This document shows, piece after piece, positions 26,897 through 36,170 of a stretch of DNA of 64,000 nt (position 1 is its first letter; each line of letters opens with the position of its first letter). The notes beneath the pieces were generated by a model. That model had not been told where the DNA came from and searched no databases. It worked only from the letters and a program-made list of their open reading frames with translations. The position numbers were made by a program, and so were the translations under genes. The DNA is taken from the IMG/VR virus record IMGVR_UViG_3300045738_001212, positions 64,001 through 128,000 of that record; one strand, given 5' to 3'. The stretch comes from a virus.

Positions 26897-27569
26897 CTTG
26901 TTTAGGCGTGATTCTAGAGTCGGGGTTTAGGTCTATCACTTTTCCGTCTTCAGCAAGATGCCGCCAGAAGGTGAGTTCTGTCTTTGGTCTGTGATTTCTC
27001 CCAAGAGTTTGCCTGTCTCCCAGATGATGCTTGTCGTTACTTTCTAAGTCCCACCAATCAAAACCAAGTAAAGTTATTTGATCACATTCTGGCGGCGGAA
27101 CGTCTTGGGTGTAACGTTCTCTGGGGCGATATTTTTTATCGAGACTTTGACTTGTGAACCACCAAGCTGCTATGGCTCCTGTTGACCAAGCTAAGTAATC
27201 TACATGGTGATCTAGTCGTTTTGGTTGTCCGGCCTTCATCCTCATGTAGTTGTCCATGTCGTAGACCATTTGCCTCTTTGTTTTGTACAGCAAATCCACC
27301 GACTCATGCCCCTTGAATTTCTTGTAGGTTTTGTCTGCCCGTGGGTTCCACTCCCAAGAGTGTTCGTAAATTGCGTCATACTTTTCCCGCATCCTTACGG
27401 CATCAAAAACGGTAGTAAACCAAATATTTGTTTTGGCCCCCACCTGTTTTTCAAACCCCTTAATGTGGTACCAATTGAAACGAACAACGATATCAAAAGA
27501 GTCTACTACCCCTCCAAACTCGTGATCCATGACGGACGGGCCATTTCCAACTAGAATAAGACTGCTCAT
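26889..27569 (-). CDS. GT29 (sialyltransferase-like) glycosyltransferase
   Basis: sialylmotif-like LVGNGPS...D.VVRFN...VG.KT; STG..A; GFD; H. Confidence 0.7.
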   Translation of the reverse strand: MSSLILVGNGPSVMDHEFGGVVDSFDIVVRFNWYHIKGFEKQVGAKTNIWFTTVFDAVRMREKYDAIYEHSWEWNPRADKTYKKFKGHESVDLLYKTKRQMVYDMDNYMRMKAGQPKRLDHHVDYLAWSTGAIAAWWFTSQSLDKKYRPRERYTQDVPPPECDQITLLGFDWWDLESNDKHHLGDRQTLGRNHRPKTELTFWRHLAEDGKVIDLNPDSRITPKQDE

Positions 27570-27577
27570 GTTAGCCT

Positions 27578-28144
27578 CTACATTAACCAACGCTCTATCT
27601 TCCACGTTAGTTTTATCCCCCATCCAAGTATCCACCGCGAACAAAACGTCGCTCTTCTAACGCACAGAACGTAAAGAAAGTGCACCTTGTACCACCACTT
27701 GTCTTGTTTTTCGGTTTCTTCTTTAACAAATTCGAGAAGCTTTTTCTGAGCGTTTAACCTGCTAGAGTTATCTTCCTTATCGCACTCCATTAGACGCACC
27801 TCTTTGACTTCCCCCTTCCAAAATAAAATCTTATACTGAACCCAGTAGTCGTATTTTTTTGCAAGATGAACGGCTCCGAATGTCATTTCTCCTGAATAGT
27901 CCTGTTTTTCAAGTTCTCTTGATTTTTCTTTTATTTCTGGGCCGTATTTCCCGGCGACAACTTCTTTTTCTATCTTCCATAGGTAAACTTGTCCATCGTC
28001 TGTTATCTCATATTCGTCCAAGGAAGCGGGAGGCATAGAGAAGGTCTGGAATTCTATCTTCTCGGGTTTAAAGGTCTTGCTGCCCTTGAGCTCGTCTGGC
28101 ACGGGCAGGGGGTATTCGCATTTTACATAATCAAACAACATCAT
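27578..28144 (-). CDS. hypothetical phage protein
   Basis: FDYVKC..PLP, FQT, YEI..DG motif. Confidence 0.6.
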   Translation of the reverse strand: MMLFDYVKCEYPLPVPDELKGSKTFKPEKIEFQTFSMPPASLDEYEITDDGQVYLWKIEKEVVAGKYGPEIKEKSRELEKQDYSGEMTFGAVHLAKKYDYWVQYKILFWKGEVKEVRLMECDKEDNSSRLNAQKKLLEFVKEETEKQDKWWYKVHFLYVLCVRRATFCSRWILGWGIKLTWKIERWLM

Positions 28145-28479
28145 GTCGATATCTCCTCGGCGTCAACAATCGCTTGATCTAGGGGTACACGACAGGTGTT
28201 GTCGGATTTTTTCCACTCATGCTTTTCTCTCCAAGGCTCTCCCTCATCAATACACTTAATGATACGATATATCGTGTCACATGACTCTATGCCAAACCAA
28301 TTACCTTCTCCGTGTACATTTTCATCCCAAATAACCTCCCCCCCATAACTTACCACAACTCTGTTCTCTGAAGTTTCTATCCCTATCTTGCGTTGAGCAA
28401 CCCAAATAAGTATGGAGATGTCCTGCTTCAAAGCTCTAGACATAAACTCTAACTCTTTGACTAGACCTACGGTGATCAT
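28141..28479 (-). CDS. hypothetical protein
   Basis: ORF tiled. Confidence 0.5.
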   Translation of the reverse strand: MITVGLVKELEFMSRALKQDISILIWVAQRKIGIETSENRVVVSYGGEVIWDENVHGEGNWFGIESCDTIYRIIKCIDEGEPWREKHEWKKSDNTCRVPLDQAIVDAEEIST

Positions 28480-29031
28480 TCTTCGTCAACAATCTCCTTT
28501 AACAACTTCAGGTGATGGAGTATCCAACTGTCTCCAACCCTATCCTCTGCCTTGGAATTAAGCTTTGCTCTTGCCTCCATTATCTCTTCGTGTTCGATCA
28601 TTTGATCGAGTAGTTTGTAGAACTCTGGTTTCATGATTCTTCAACAACGAAATCTTCGTTATGCTCTCCCTTAAGAATCTTAACATAGTCTTTGGCTTTC
28701 TTTCGTCCTTCTTTGGTTAGGGGGAACGCTCCGTATCTGTGTCTTCTTTTCTTTGAGAGAACCAGATAGCACCTCTTTGAGGACTTTCTTTTAGCGGGCT
28801 TCTTCATTATTTTTCATGTATTTTACAATATTGTTTTCTTCAATCTGAAGTTTTCGCAAAATCTGCCATATTTCCTTCCTCTTTTCCTCTGTTTCTGGCG
28901 AGTCTTCTGGCAGCTTCTCTATTTCTTCGATCCTTTTATCGAGTTTTTTTTCCCACCAGTTAACACTGCTCTCAAGCATCGAGTGTTGAAATAAGGCTTC
29001 TCTTAATTTTTTCTTTTGGGAATCAGTCATA

Positions 29032-29358
29032 TTAAAAGTTCATCACTATTTCTTCGTCTCCCAAGTCAAGCTTGACTAGGATTTTCTTAGCTTGGAGTTC
29101 CTCCTTCATCTTACGCGCTATATTATACAAGCACTCATGACAAACCCTAACTTTCGGGTTGTTTTTGTCGAAAAAGTAACTGATCTTGCGGTTATCAAAT
29201 AGAATCCTGTACTCTCTCAGGCTATAGGTTATCCCGCATTCAGAACAAACGAACTTTCTCTTACGAGTTTCGTGGGGCTGGATCAATCCAAGCTCTACTA
29301 TGGGAATCTTCTTTGCCATTTGCCTACTATATTTTAATTTTAAATTAATAAAAATCAA
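29032..29358 (-). CDS. Zn-ribbon protein
   Basis: CSEC...CHEC. Confidence 0.55.
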   Translation of the reverse strand: MIFINLKLKYSRQMAKKIPIVELGLIQPHETRKRKFVCSECGITYSLREYRILFDNRKISYFFDKNNPKVRVCHECLYNIARKMKEELQAKKILVKLDLGDEEIVMNF

Positions 29359-29631
29359 CTAAATTTAATTTTCCGAGATGATTTCCAAGATAATTTGCTC
29401 CTGATTTTTCAAAAACCCCTCTGTATGGAGGTATTTTATGATCAAAATAGCTTCAGGCTTGGACAGGTCACCTGCCACATCGTAAATTTTCACCCTATCC
29501 TCAAGGACATCAACACTTAAGCCGTTAACAACTATTTGTTTCACATGGATAATTACACTTGACTTTCCGCAAGGTCTTGACATAATTCTCGAATCCTGAC
29601 TTTCAGTCGGGGTTTTAATAAGAAAACATAT

Positions 29632-29823
29632 ATGAAAACACTAATAGCTATAGCAACAATCGCGCTCCTCGGAGCGGGTTGTACAAGTACCGTAACCCTT
29701 GGACCAGAGGCTAACGCAGATGGAATCATTGGAGCTTCGGCTAACGAATCAGGAGCAAGCCTAACCTTGCCACTCGTTAAGGCTGAACTCGGTACTACTA
29801 CCACGACCACTAAGAAAAAATAA
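29632..29823 (+). CDS. small lipoprotein
   Basis: lipobox LGAGC; own promoter near 29559 (TTGACT..CATAAT) and terminator. Confidence 0.75.
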   Translation: MKTLIAIATIALLGAGCTSTVTLGPEANADGIIGASANESGASLTLPLVKAELGTTTTTTKKK

Positions 29824-29856
29824 ATTAATTTAATTTAATTTTTCTAAAAGAACACA

Positions 29857-29884
29857 CCCTCGCCTTTTCGGGCGGGGTTTTTTC
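29857..29884 (+). terminator. intrinsic terminator
   Basis: GC hairpin followed by a T tract. Confidence 0.7.
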
Positions 29885-29909
29885 GTTTTTAGGTGTAATT
29901 ACTTCTAAG

Positions 29910-30332
29910 ATGAAGAATGTCGTTCTAAAAATCAAAAATTTACTGCTCGGCTCACTAAGAACCCTCGAAAAACACCAAGTCACCGTATACGCATCAATTA
30001 TCTTAACGATTTTCTTTGTTTCGTTTTGGACCCTCCAAAAAGTTAATCACGCAAAAGAAATGGCTCAAATAAAAAAAGAAAATATTTCATTACGAGGAGC
30101 TCTAAGCGAGTCCGACAAAGCTATAGAAGATTCTTGGGAAGTGATTCAGCTTCAAGCCAAAACCTTACAAAAGTATGAAAACATCGTTGATAGAGCTCAA
30201 AACGCTCTGAATACTCAAGCTAGATTTATCAACGACCTAGTAGAATACCTAAAAAAAATCAAACACTGGCCGCCGAAAGAACCAAGACCAGAAAGTGACC
30301 CTAGCAAATGGATAACCTTTACAAAGGAATAA
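29910..30332 (+). CDS. membrane-anchored coiled-coil protein
   Basis: TM helix then heptads; GTGTAA motif upstream. Confidence 0.6.
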   Translation: MKNVVLKIKNLLLGSLRTLEKHQVTVYASIILTIFFVSFWTLQKVNHAKEMAQIKKENISLRGALSESDKAIEDSWEVIQLQAKTLQKYENIVDRAQNALNTQARFINDLVEYLKKIKHWPPKEPRPESDPSKWITFTKE

Positions 30333-30336
30333 AAAA

Positions 30337-31065
30337 ATGAGCGAAGAAAAAGACCACAGATCAAAAAAAGAAATCGCCGCTGATATTCTTCTCAAAGAGG
30401 CCGAGGCAGCACTAAAGGTGGCCGAGGCAACCAAGGTGAACGCGGAAGCAAAAAAAGCCCAGTTCCACGCCCACGAAGCCGAACTCAAGTATCACGAGAC
30501 ACGACTAAAGTATGACCGCGATCAAGCGGTAGACGAAAGAAACTTCCTTTACAGATTCGACGGTGGCGTCGATGCAAGCTCCGTGAAAGCGTGTATGAAA
30601 AAGCTCACAGAATGGTCAAGGCTAAATTCGAAATGCGACATCGAAATTGTTTTCTCCTCCCCCGGAGGAAATATTATTGATGGGTTTGAATTATTTGATT
30701 TTATCCAAGAGTTAAGAGCTAAGGGGCACCACATAACAACAGGTTCCTTGGGCTATGCGGCGTCAATGGCTGGAATTCTATTGATGGCTGGAGACACTCG
30801 TTGGATCGGACATCAAAGTTGGATGATGATTCACCGAGCAGCCTTCGGAGCTTATGGAAAAACGTTTGAAATCGAAGACGAAGTTAAGTTCGTCAGAAGA
30901 ATTGAATCCAGAATCGTAAACATCTTTGCCCTAAGATCAAAGCTGACGAAACAAAAGATCAAGAGAAACTGGGATAGGAAAGACTGGTGGATTTCGGCAG
31001 ATGAATGTCTAGAACTCAGCCTAGTTGATGAAATCAGAGGGATGATGCCTGAGTATAAGAAGTAA
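30337..31065 (+). CDS. clpP: ClpP-like serine protease
   Basis: SPGG, AASM (Ser), MIH (His), DWWISADE. Confidence 0.85.
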   Translation: MSEEKDHRSKKEIAADILLKEAEAALKVAEATKVNAEAKKAQFHAHEAELKYHETRLKYDRDQAVDERNFLYRFDGGVDASSVKACMKKLTEWSRLNSKCDIEIVFSSPGGNIIDGFELFDFIQELRAKGHHITTGSLGYAASMAGILLMAGDTRWIGHQSWMMIHRAAFGAYGKTFEIEDEVKFVRRIESRIVNIFALRSKLTKQKIKRNWDRKDWWISADECLELSLVDEIRGMMPEYKK

Positions 31066-31066
31066 G

Positions 31067-31420
31067 TTACTTCTTCTTTTTCTTTAGCCACGGTGGGAGA
31101 TTATTTCCGCCTTCCTTCTCCTCTCCCTTCTTGTCTCCCTTCTTGTCCCCTTTCTTGTCCCCTTTCTTGTCTCCCTTTTTCTTGAAGGGGTTTTCTTTGT
31201 TCTTCTTCGCGCTATCCTCTACAATTTTAACGCACTTCGTTTTGTCTTCGTTTACCTCGTAGCCCGAATTACATTTAGGTGGATAGCCCGCTTTCTGTTC
31301 AGCCCTAAGCTCCTCGATGGCCATTCGGACGCCCTCAACGTCCTCGGTAAAATCAATTTCCAAAGTGCCGCGTTCGTCCACTTTTTTTAACCAAGTCTTT
31401 TTGTTTTTATAGTCCCACAT
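31067..31420 (-). CDS. hypothetical protein with (KKGD)n tandem repeat
   Basis: ORF with 12-nt tandem units; GTGTAT 8 nt upstream. Confidence 0.55.
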   Translation of the reverse strand: MWDYKNKKTWLKKVDERGTLEIDFTEDVEGVRMAIEELRAEQKAGYPPKCNSGYEVNEDKTKCVKIVEDSAKKNKENPFKKKGDKKGDKKGDKKGDKKGEEKEGGNNLPPWLKKKKK

Positions 31421-31534
31421 AATATTTTATACACAAAATTACCCACTTAGGGAAGAGAAGGGCACGGTACATAGAACTGGGTATGCACCGCACCCTCCTC
31501 GTTTACTCGCCTACATGTCTTATTTCGGGCCTGT

Positions 31535-31699
31535 TTATTGGCCTGAATCTTTAGAACAAGAACACCCACAATCAGCCACCGAACAAGCACCAGACTCACA
31601 ACAATTTGCTGCGTCACAGTTACAGTTGGAACAACCAGAGCTTCCCCAGTTACAACCAATAGCCAATGCCATTACGAATAAAACTAAAATCTTTTTCAT
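31535..31699 (-). CDS. 54-aa Cys-rich metallothionein-like lipoprotein
   Basis: MKKILVLFVMALAIGCNWGSSGCSNCNCDAANCCESGACSVADCGCSCSKDSGQ; 10 Cys; TAATG coupling to the protease gene; missing from the ORF track. Confidence 0.75.
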   Translation of the reverse strand: MKKILVLFVMALAIGCNWGSSGCSNCNCDAANCCESGACSVADCGCSCSKDSGQ

Positions 31700-32640
31700 T
31701 ATCTTTTATCCTGAATGATTATTACTTTAGGATAAATTACGCGCAACATGAATGGAAACATCTTCTTCACGGCTTCCTCCTCTGCGTCTTTGACCTCTTT
31801 TTTCTCTTTCGGCGTGTTTTCGACGGGCATTTTCTCTAATTCATCTTCGCTAGGCATTTCCACTGAACCGTCTAAGGCCCACATAATTTTGTGCTCCTGA
31901 CAATACCCAACCATGCGGCGTATAGGTACGATTAAATTAAACCCTTCTCCCGCTCCTCTCACCAACATCCCCACGTATTTTGCATTTTCATCACGCTTTA
32001 AGAACACTCCGCCGCCGCTAGAGCCCGGAAACGCCGTACAAGTAGTCTGATCGAAGATGCGCTTGTTTAAATTTTTTAAAATTCTACCATGCTGAGAATA
32101 GATTCCGTCCGTCATACTGTTTGCGCCTAATTGGCCTAGTAGAGAGCCAACGTGCAGAAGGTCTACGCCCAGTTCGGGAAGTTTCTTGTCGAGATAAAAC
32201 GTTACTGAATCAGTTACGAAATTGAACTTACGAACTCGTAATAGTGCTAAATCATGCCCATCCGTAGCGTCACTATATTTTAATACTTCCGCATCCATTT
32301 GAAGACGGCCAACGGTTCTGCCGTTTTGCCTGATTTCCTTAATGATTACTGGGTCTTTGAATTCTACTAGAGTTTTGGTTAAACCTTCAACTAACACCTT
32401 CCTTTCGGATCGAAGATTGCCCACAACATGAGCGGCGGTCCAAACAAAGTTCACCAAGTCCCCTTTAGAGTTCTTCCTAGAGAAGATCACCCCCGAGCCT
32501 TCGCTCGCGCTAAATGCGCCTTCTGCCCTAATCGTTACGGATACGTTTTGGAGATGTTCTGCTGTAGACTGCTTTTTCTCTGCTCCGTACAGTGTTCCTG
32601 TAAGGATGAGACCTAACGTAAAGGCTTTTAGAGCTTTCAT
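31699..32640 (-). CDS. secreted trypsin-like serine protease
   Basis: signal peptide; TAAHV, DLALL, PGSSGGG triad motifs. Confidence 0.88.
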   Translation of the reverse strand: MKALKAFTLGLILTGTLYGAEKKQSTAEHLQNVSVTIRAEGAFSASEGSGVIFSRKNSKGDLVNFVWTAAHVVGNLRSERKVLVEGLTKTLVEFKDPVIIKEIRQNGRTVGRLQMDAEVLKYSDATDGHDLALLRVRKFNFVTDSVTFYLDKKLPELGVDLLHVGSLLGQLGANSMTDGIYSQHGRILKNLNKRIFDQTTCTAFPGSSGGGVFLKRDENAKYVGMLVRGAGEGFNLIVPIRRMVGYCQEHKIMWALDGSVEMPSEDELEKMPVENTPKEKKEVKDAEEEAVKKMFPFMLRVIYPKVIIIQDKR

Positions 32641-32714
32641 AGTAAAAGATACTCCTTATTCTAGGGAAACTCTTTGCAAAGTTCTAAGGAAAATGCGTGT
32701 AATTAAAATTAGAG

Positions 32715-33053
32715 ATGAATTTAATTATAACTGCCAATCTATCTACAGACCCCCCCTCTGAAGGGCTTTACTTTCGTTTCCTTACGATGGTGGCCAAAAA
32801 AGACCTGAGTTATGATATAGCCTTGGAAGCGGACAAGGAAATTATTGATTTTTATTATCATTTTTTGAAAAAAAGAGGCTGGTTTGATTTCGTGGACGGT
32901 TTCGTAACTCCAGAAGAAAAAGAAGAAGGAATAAGAATCGACACTGAACTAACTTATCCGATGACAATACGAACAAAGAATATCAGGTGTGAAAATACGC
33001 CCAACCTGATAGGGCAAATAAAGTCCTTAAGGGATATAGATATTAATTTTTAA
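32715..33053 (+). CDS. hypothetical protein
   Basis: ORF with GTGTAA motif upstream. Confidence 0.55.
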   Translation: MNLIITANLSTDPPSEGLYFRFLTMVAKKDLSYDIALEADKEIIDFYYHFLKKRGWFDFVDGFVTPEEKEEGIRIDTELTYPMTIRTKNIRCENTPNLIGQIKSLRDIDINF

Positions 33054-33175
33054 GAGCGTCAATTTTTTCTTCTTAAGAGGCCAATATTGTTAATACCCAC
33101 GCTAGAAAAACGCCAAAGCCAAAGGCTAAAAGTCCAGCTAGTACACAGAGTCTTGCGGTTTTCCAAGACATAGGC

Positions 33176-33460
33176 TTATTTTTTAAGTCCGTCTATCTTT
33201 TCTTCCAGACGGTCAAACCTGTCATTCATGCGCTCTGAGAACATTTTGAAATCTGATTTGCTAACGTACTTTTCTGGTAGGGAAAGAGCTAGGTCGTTGT
33301 GTTTTTCTCTTAGCTTATCGATATCGACGTGATGGTTTTTCATCAAATCATGATGCTCACCTTTGATTTCGTTCAAGGTGCCAAGAATCATTTTGAAAAT
33401 CCACCCCCCCATAAGCGTAATCACAGCTACGGCTATATTGACAAGAATTTGGTAGTCCAT
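33176..33460 (-). CDS. TM plus coiled-coil protein (holin-like topology)
   Basis: N-terminal TM, YVSK.DF..RLEEKID; GTGTAA 8 nt upstream. Confidence 0.6.
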   Translation of the reverse strand: MDYQILVNIAVAVITLMGGWIFKMILGTLNEIKGEHHDLMKNHHVDIDKLREKHNDLALSLPEKYVSKSDFKMFSERMNDRFDRLEEKIDGLKK

Positions 33461-33501
33461 ACCTTTACTTACACTTAAAGAAGAGTGAGCTAAAATATTT
33501 T

Positions 33502-33879
33502 TTAGACCAACTCAAGAATCGATATCGCTGTAGCGTAGTCCGTACAATGAGCCATAGATAGATGACATGTGTAGCCGTTTTTTTTAATTTTTTTTCCTAT
33601 CTCGTTCCTGAATTTGATAAACGGTTTTCCTTTGTCGTTATTGCACACTACAATATCCTTCCAATCTAGGGCTTTACCAAAGCCAACACCCAAAGCCTTA
33701 GCCGTGGCTTCTTTTGCGGCAAATCGAACAGCGTAATGTTGAGCCGAATTGTCATACTGGCCACAGTACTTTTTTTCTGACGACGTGAATACCCTATTAA
33801 GGAACTTGTCGCCATATTTTTGCTCCATTCTACGTACTCTGGGTATGCTTATTGCGTCTGTGCCCGTTCCAATGATCAT
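33502..33879 (-). CDS. acpS: holo-ACP synthase (4'-phosphopantetheinyl transferase)
   Basis: GTD..., F..RVFT..E, RFAAKEA..KALG, GKP, LSMAH. Confidence 0.93.
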   Translation of the reverse strand: MIIGTGTDAISIPRVRRMEQKYGDKFLNRVFTSSEKKYCGQYDNSAQHYAVRFAAKEATAKALGVGFGKALDWKDIVVCNNDKGKPFIKFRNEIGKKIKKNGYTCHLSMAHCTDYATAISILELV

Positions 33880-34213
33880 TTTTTTGTCCTTTTAAGAAGT
33901 TTACCCTGACTTTGGAATAAAAGCAAGAAATTATAAAAAAGTGTAACTGTTAGTATGTATTATTACGCTTGCCCATATTGCGACCCAAGTAGCAAGGCTC
34001 ATCTAAAAATAGTGATAACCGAAGCGGTGGGCTGCAAATATGACAATGAAGATGTTTGCGAAGAAAAGCACAAGTGCAAAGAGACAATGGAATGCAAAGT
34101 GTGTCAAAACCGATTCAAAATCACTAAAAGTTTTTTAAAATCACAGAAGAGGAAAATAAAAGACGGATAAACTCCTTGACAACAGCCCCAAGCCGTGCTA
34201 TCATCCTTGTGAT

Positions 34214-34417
34214 ATGAATGACCCTACGACACAACTACCTCATTACAAGCTAAAGTATCGGAACGCCGAGGGCAAGGTAAGAGAACACGACATCAGTCAA
34301 CCATTCGACTCTGTGATGAACAAAGGCGAACGAGTTGGATTCGTGGCTTACAGCTACGGCAGGGGCATCCGCTCATTCCGAAACGATAGGATTCTTGAGA
34401 TGAGTCCTACGGCATAA
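34214..34417 (+). CDS. small WYL-like protein
   Basis: Y.NAEG..R...RSFR.DRI; TTGACA-17-TATCAT promoter just upstream. Confidence 0.55.
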   Translation: MNDPTTQLPHYKLKYRNAEGKVREHDISQPFDSVMNKGERVGFVAYSYGRGIRSFRNDRILEMSPTA

Positions 34418-34420
34418 AGC

Positions 34421-34495
34421 TGGTAGCCCGTAGGGGAATCGAACCCCTCTCTCAGCCTTGAAAGGGCCGTGTCCTGTCCGCTAGACGAACGGGCC
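34421..34495 (-). tRNA. tRNA-Glu(TTC)
   Basis: cloverleaf, TTCGA T-loop, encoded CCA. Confidence 0.92.
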
Positions 34496-34497
34496 AA

Positions 34498-34573
34498 TGG
34501 TGGAGGTAATCGGACTTGAACCGATGACATCCTGCTTGCAAAGCAGGTGCTCTCCCAACTGAGCTATACCCCC
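34498..34573 (-). tRNA. tRNA-Ala(TGC)
   Basis: cloverleaf, encoded CCA. Confidence 0.95.
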
Positions 34574-34575
34574 AC

Positions 34576-34651
34576 TGGAGCCGAAGACCGGACTCGAACC
34601 GATAACCTGTGGTTTACAAAACCACTGCTCTGCCATTGAAGCTACTTCGGC
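34576..34651 (-). tRNA. tRNA-Thr(TGT)
   Basis: cloverleaf, encoded CCA. Confidence 0.93.
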
Positions 34652-34725
34652 GTCAAACCACCAGCCACACTTCGGGTACTTTCTCACGCGACAAGAGTTA
34701 CTTTAAACTTTCGCTATGTCAAAAC

Positions 34726-34746
34726 AAAAACCCCGCCGAAGCGGGG
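34726..34746 (-). terminator. intrinsic terminator
   Basis: CCCCGC-TTCG-GCGGGG followed by TTTTT. Confidence 0.8.
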
Positions 34747-34836
34747 TCTGGGTTAAGACGCCGATTAGCTAGTCCGGTCTTTCCTTGCCGCAACAAGGAC
34801 GTGCAAGCTCACACTACGTCTGGGGAAAAATGCTTT

Positions 34837-35109
34837 TTACAGCCACTTCCACCTGTCTTTTAGGTCCAGCAATAAACGGACGACCCCAACTAAGAGAGCC
34901 CCCCAAGCGATTACAGTCCAAGGCACAATGGATGGACATAACATAGCCAAGCCAAAGAGCACAAGCCCTATGGACCAAAGCGTATGAGTATTCCATTCGA
35001 GCCAGTTCAGTAAACCTTCTCCCCAGCCCTTGAGTTTGTCCCAGTACCTTCTCAAAATAGAGGGTTTCTGAGCCTTTTTTCTAGTTTTTCTTTTCTTTGT
35101 CGTTTTCAT
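34837..35109 (-). CDS. small membrane protein
   Basis: basic N-terminus, two TM helices, GGAGG RBS. Confidence 0.6.
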   Translation of the reverse strand: MKTTKKRKTRKKAQKPSILRRYWDKLKGWGEGLLNWLEWNTHTLWSIGLVLFGLAMLCPSIVPWTVIAWGALLVGVVRLLLDLKDRWKWL

Positions 35110-35355
35110 GATAAAATACCTCCCGTCAAAGGAGGCTCATTTAATTACACTAAAAAAGTGTAATACTTTACGTGAACCTCACGATAAATTCATATCCTGT
35201 GGTCTTTCAGCCCGATCTAGACAACGGCTTTTGGATGCAGGAGAAGATCATAATTCATGATTCCCAAGGCTCCTTGGGTGAATCAGGGATTAGGTTGATT
35301 ATCCAATACCTATACGATGAGGGCTTCATACTAGACAGAAGAGCTCCTTATGAAG

Positions 35356-35430
35356 TGGTACGAGCGGAAGGGATCGAACCTCCGACAAGCACGGTGTAAA
35401 CGTGCCGCTCTACCTCTGAGCTACGCTCGC
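35356..35430 (-). tRNA. tRNA-Val(TAC)
   Basis: cloverleaf, encoded CCA. Confidence 0.93.
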
Positions 35431-35456
35431 AAAAAAAAAGGCCCGATAAACGGGCC
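35431..35456 (-). terminator. intrinsic terminator-like hairpin
   Basis: GGCCCG-TTTAT-CGGGCC followed by T9. Confidence 0.65.
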
Positions 35457-35468
35457 AGCCCTCTCGGG

Positions 35469-35753
35469 CTACTCCTTCTCTCGCGTGGGAAGAGCGGGTT
35501 GCTCTCCTTGAGATTCGGTAGCCGCTGGGGTCTGTGGAGTTGCCTTTAGGGACAGCGGCGTTGTTGACGCTGATGACTCCGTAAGACTATCAATTTGAGC
35601 TTGAGTGGCCTGAGTCATATTAAGGACTACGTAGCCAGTGAGACAAAAGTTAAGAGCTAGGAGAACTATAGCGGCTCTCGCGTAAACGGTCTTAACTGTT
35701 GTGAACTTGTTGCCGCCGCTAGTGCTGCAACTTTCTGTGTTTGTTGTTGTCAT
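35469..35753 (-). CDS. single-TM hypothetical protein
   Basis: ORF; start moved to MTTTN. Confidence 0.5.
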   Translation of the reverse strand: MTTTNTESCSTSGGNKFTTVKTVYARAAIVLLALNFCLTGYVVLNMTQATQAQIDSLTESSASTTPLSLKATPQTPAATESQGEQPALPTREKE

Positions 35754-36016
35754 GGTTTTTTTTGTTCTACGACGACTGGTCGCAAAGTCTTGTACTTCCA
35801 AATATCCGGGTTCTCCTCTCTTTTCCTCCTCATGTAGTCGCGCTTCTGCTGACGCCTTCTTTCGGGGTCTCTCGAATCATACGCTTTCCTTGCTTTCTGT
35901 AAAGCTTTTTTTCCTTTTATTGTTTTAAAATATTTTTTAGTAGCTCCACTCATGATATATCGTCCACCATGTTTCTTTTTCTTCGTTCGGTTAAAATTTT
36001 ATTTTTTTAATAACGG

Positions 36017-36090
36017 CAGGAGAGGTGGGACTCGAACCCACAACCCTCGGTTTAGAAGACCGATGCTCTATCCAATTGAGCTACTCCCCC
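36017..36090 (-). tRNA. tRNA-Arg(TCT)
   Basis: cloverleaf; followed by CCG rather than CCA. Confidence 0.9.
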
Positions 36091-36096
36091 TAAACT

Positions 36097-36170
36097 TGGA
36101 GCGAGCGAAGGGGATCGAACCCTCATCAAGAGCTTGGAAGGCTCCCGCACTACCGTTGTGCTACACTCGC
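36097..36170 (-). tRNA. tRNA-Gly(TCC)
   Basis: cloverleaf, encoded CCA. Confidence 0.92.

Noticed and set aside
12618-28525. Self-targeting by spacers (10-nt matches such as CACAGCTTGA near 12620 and ATGGAGTATC near 28515)
   Set aside because: Matches this short are expected by chance; no full protospacer was seen by eye, though an exhaustive search was not possible
34481-34687. 68-aa ORF across the tRNA cluster, and most short antisense ORFs in the track
   Set aside because: They overlap tRNAs or well-supported genes on the other strand and have no coding motifs
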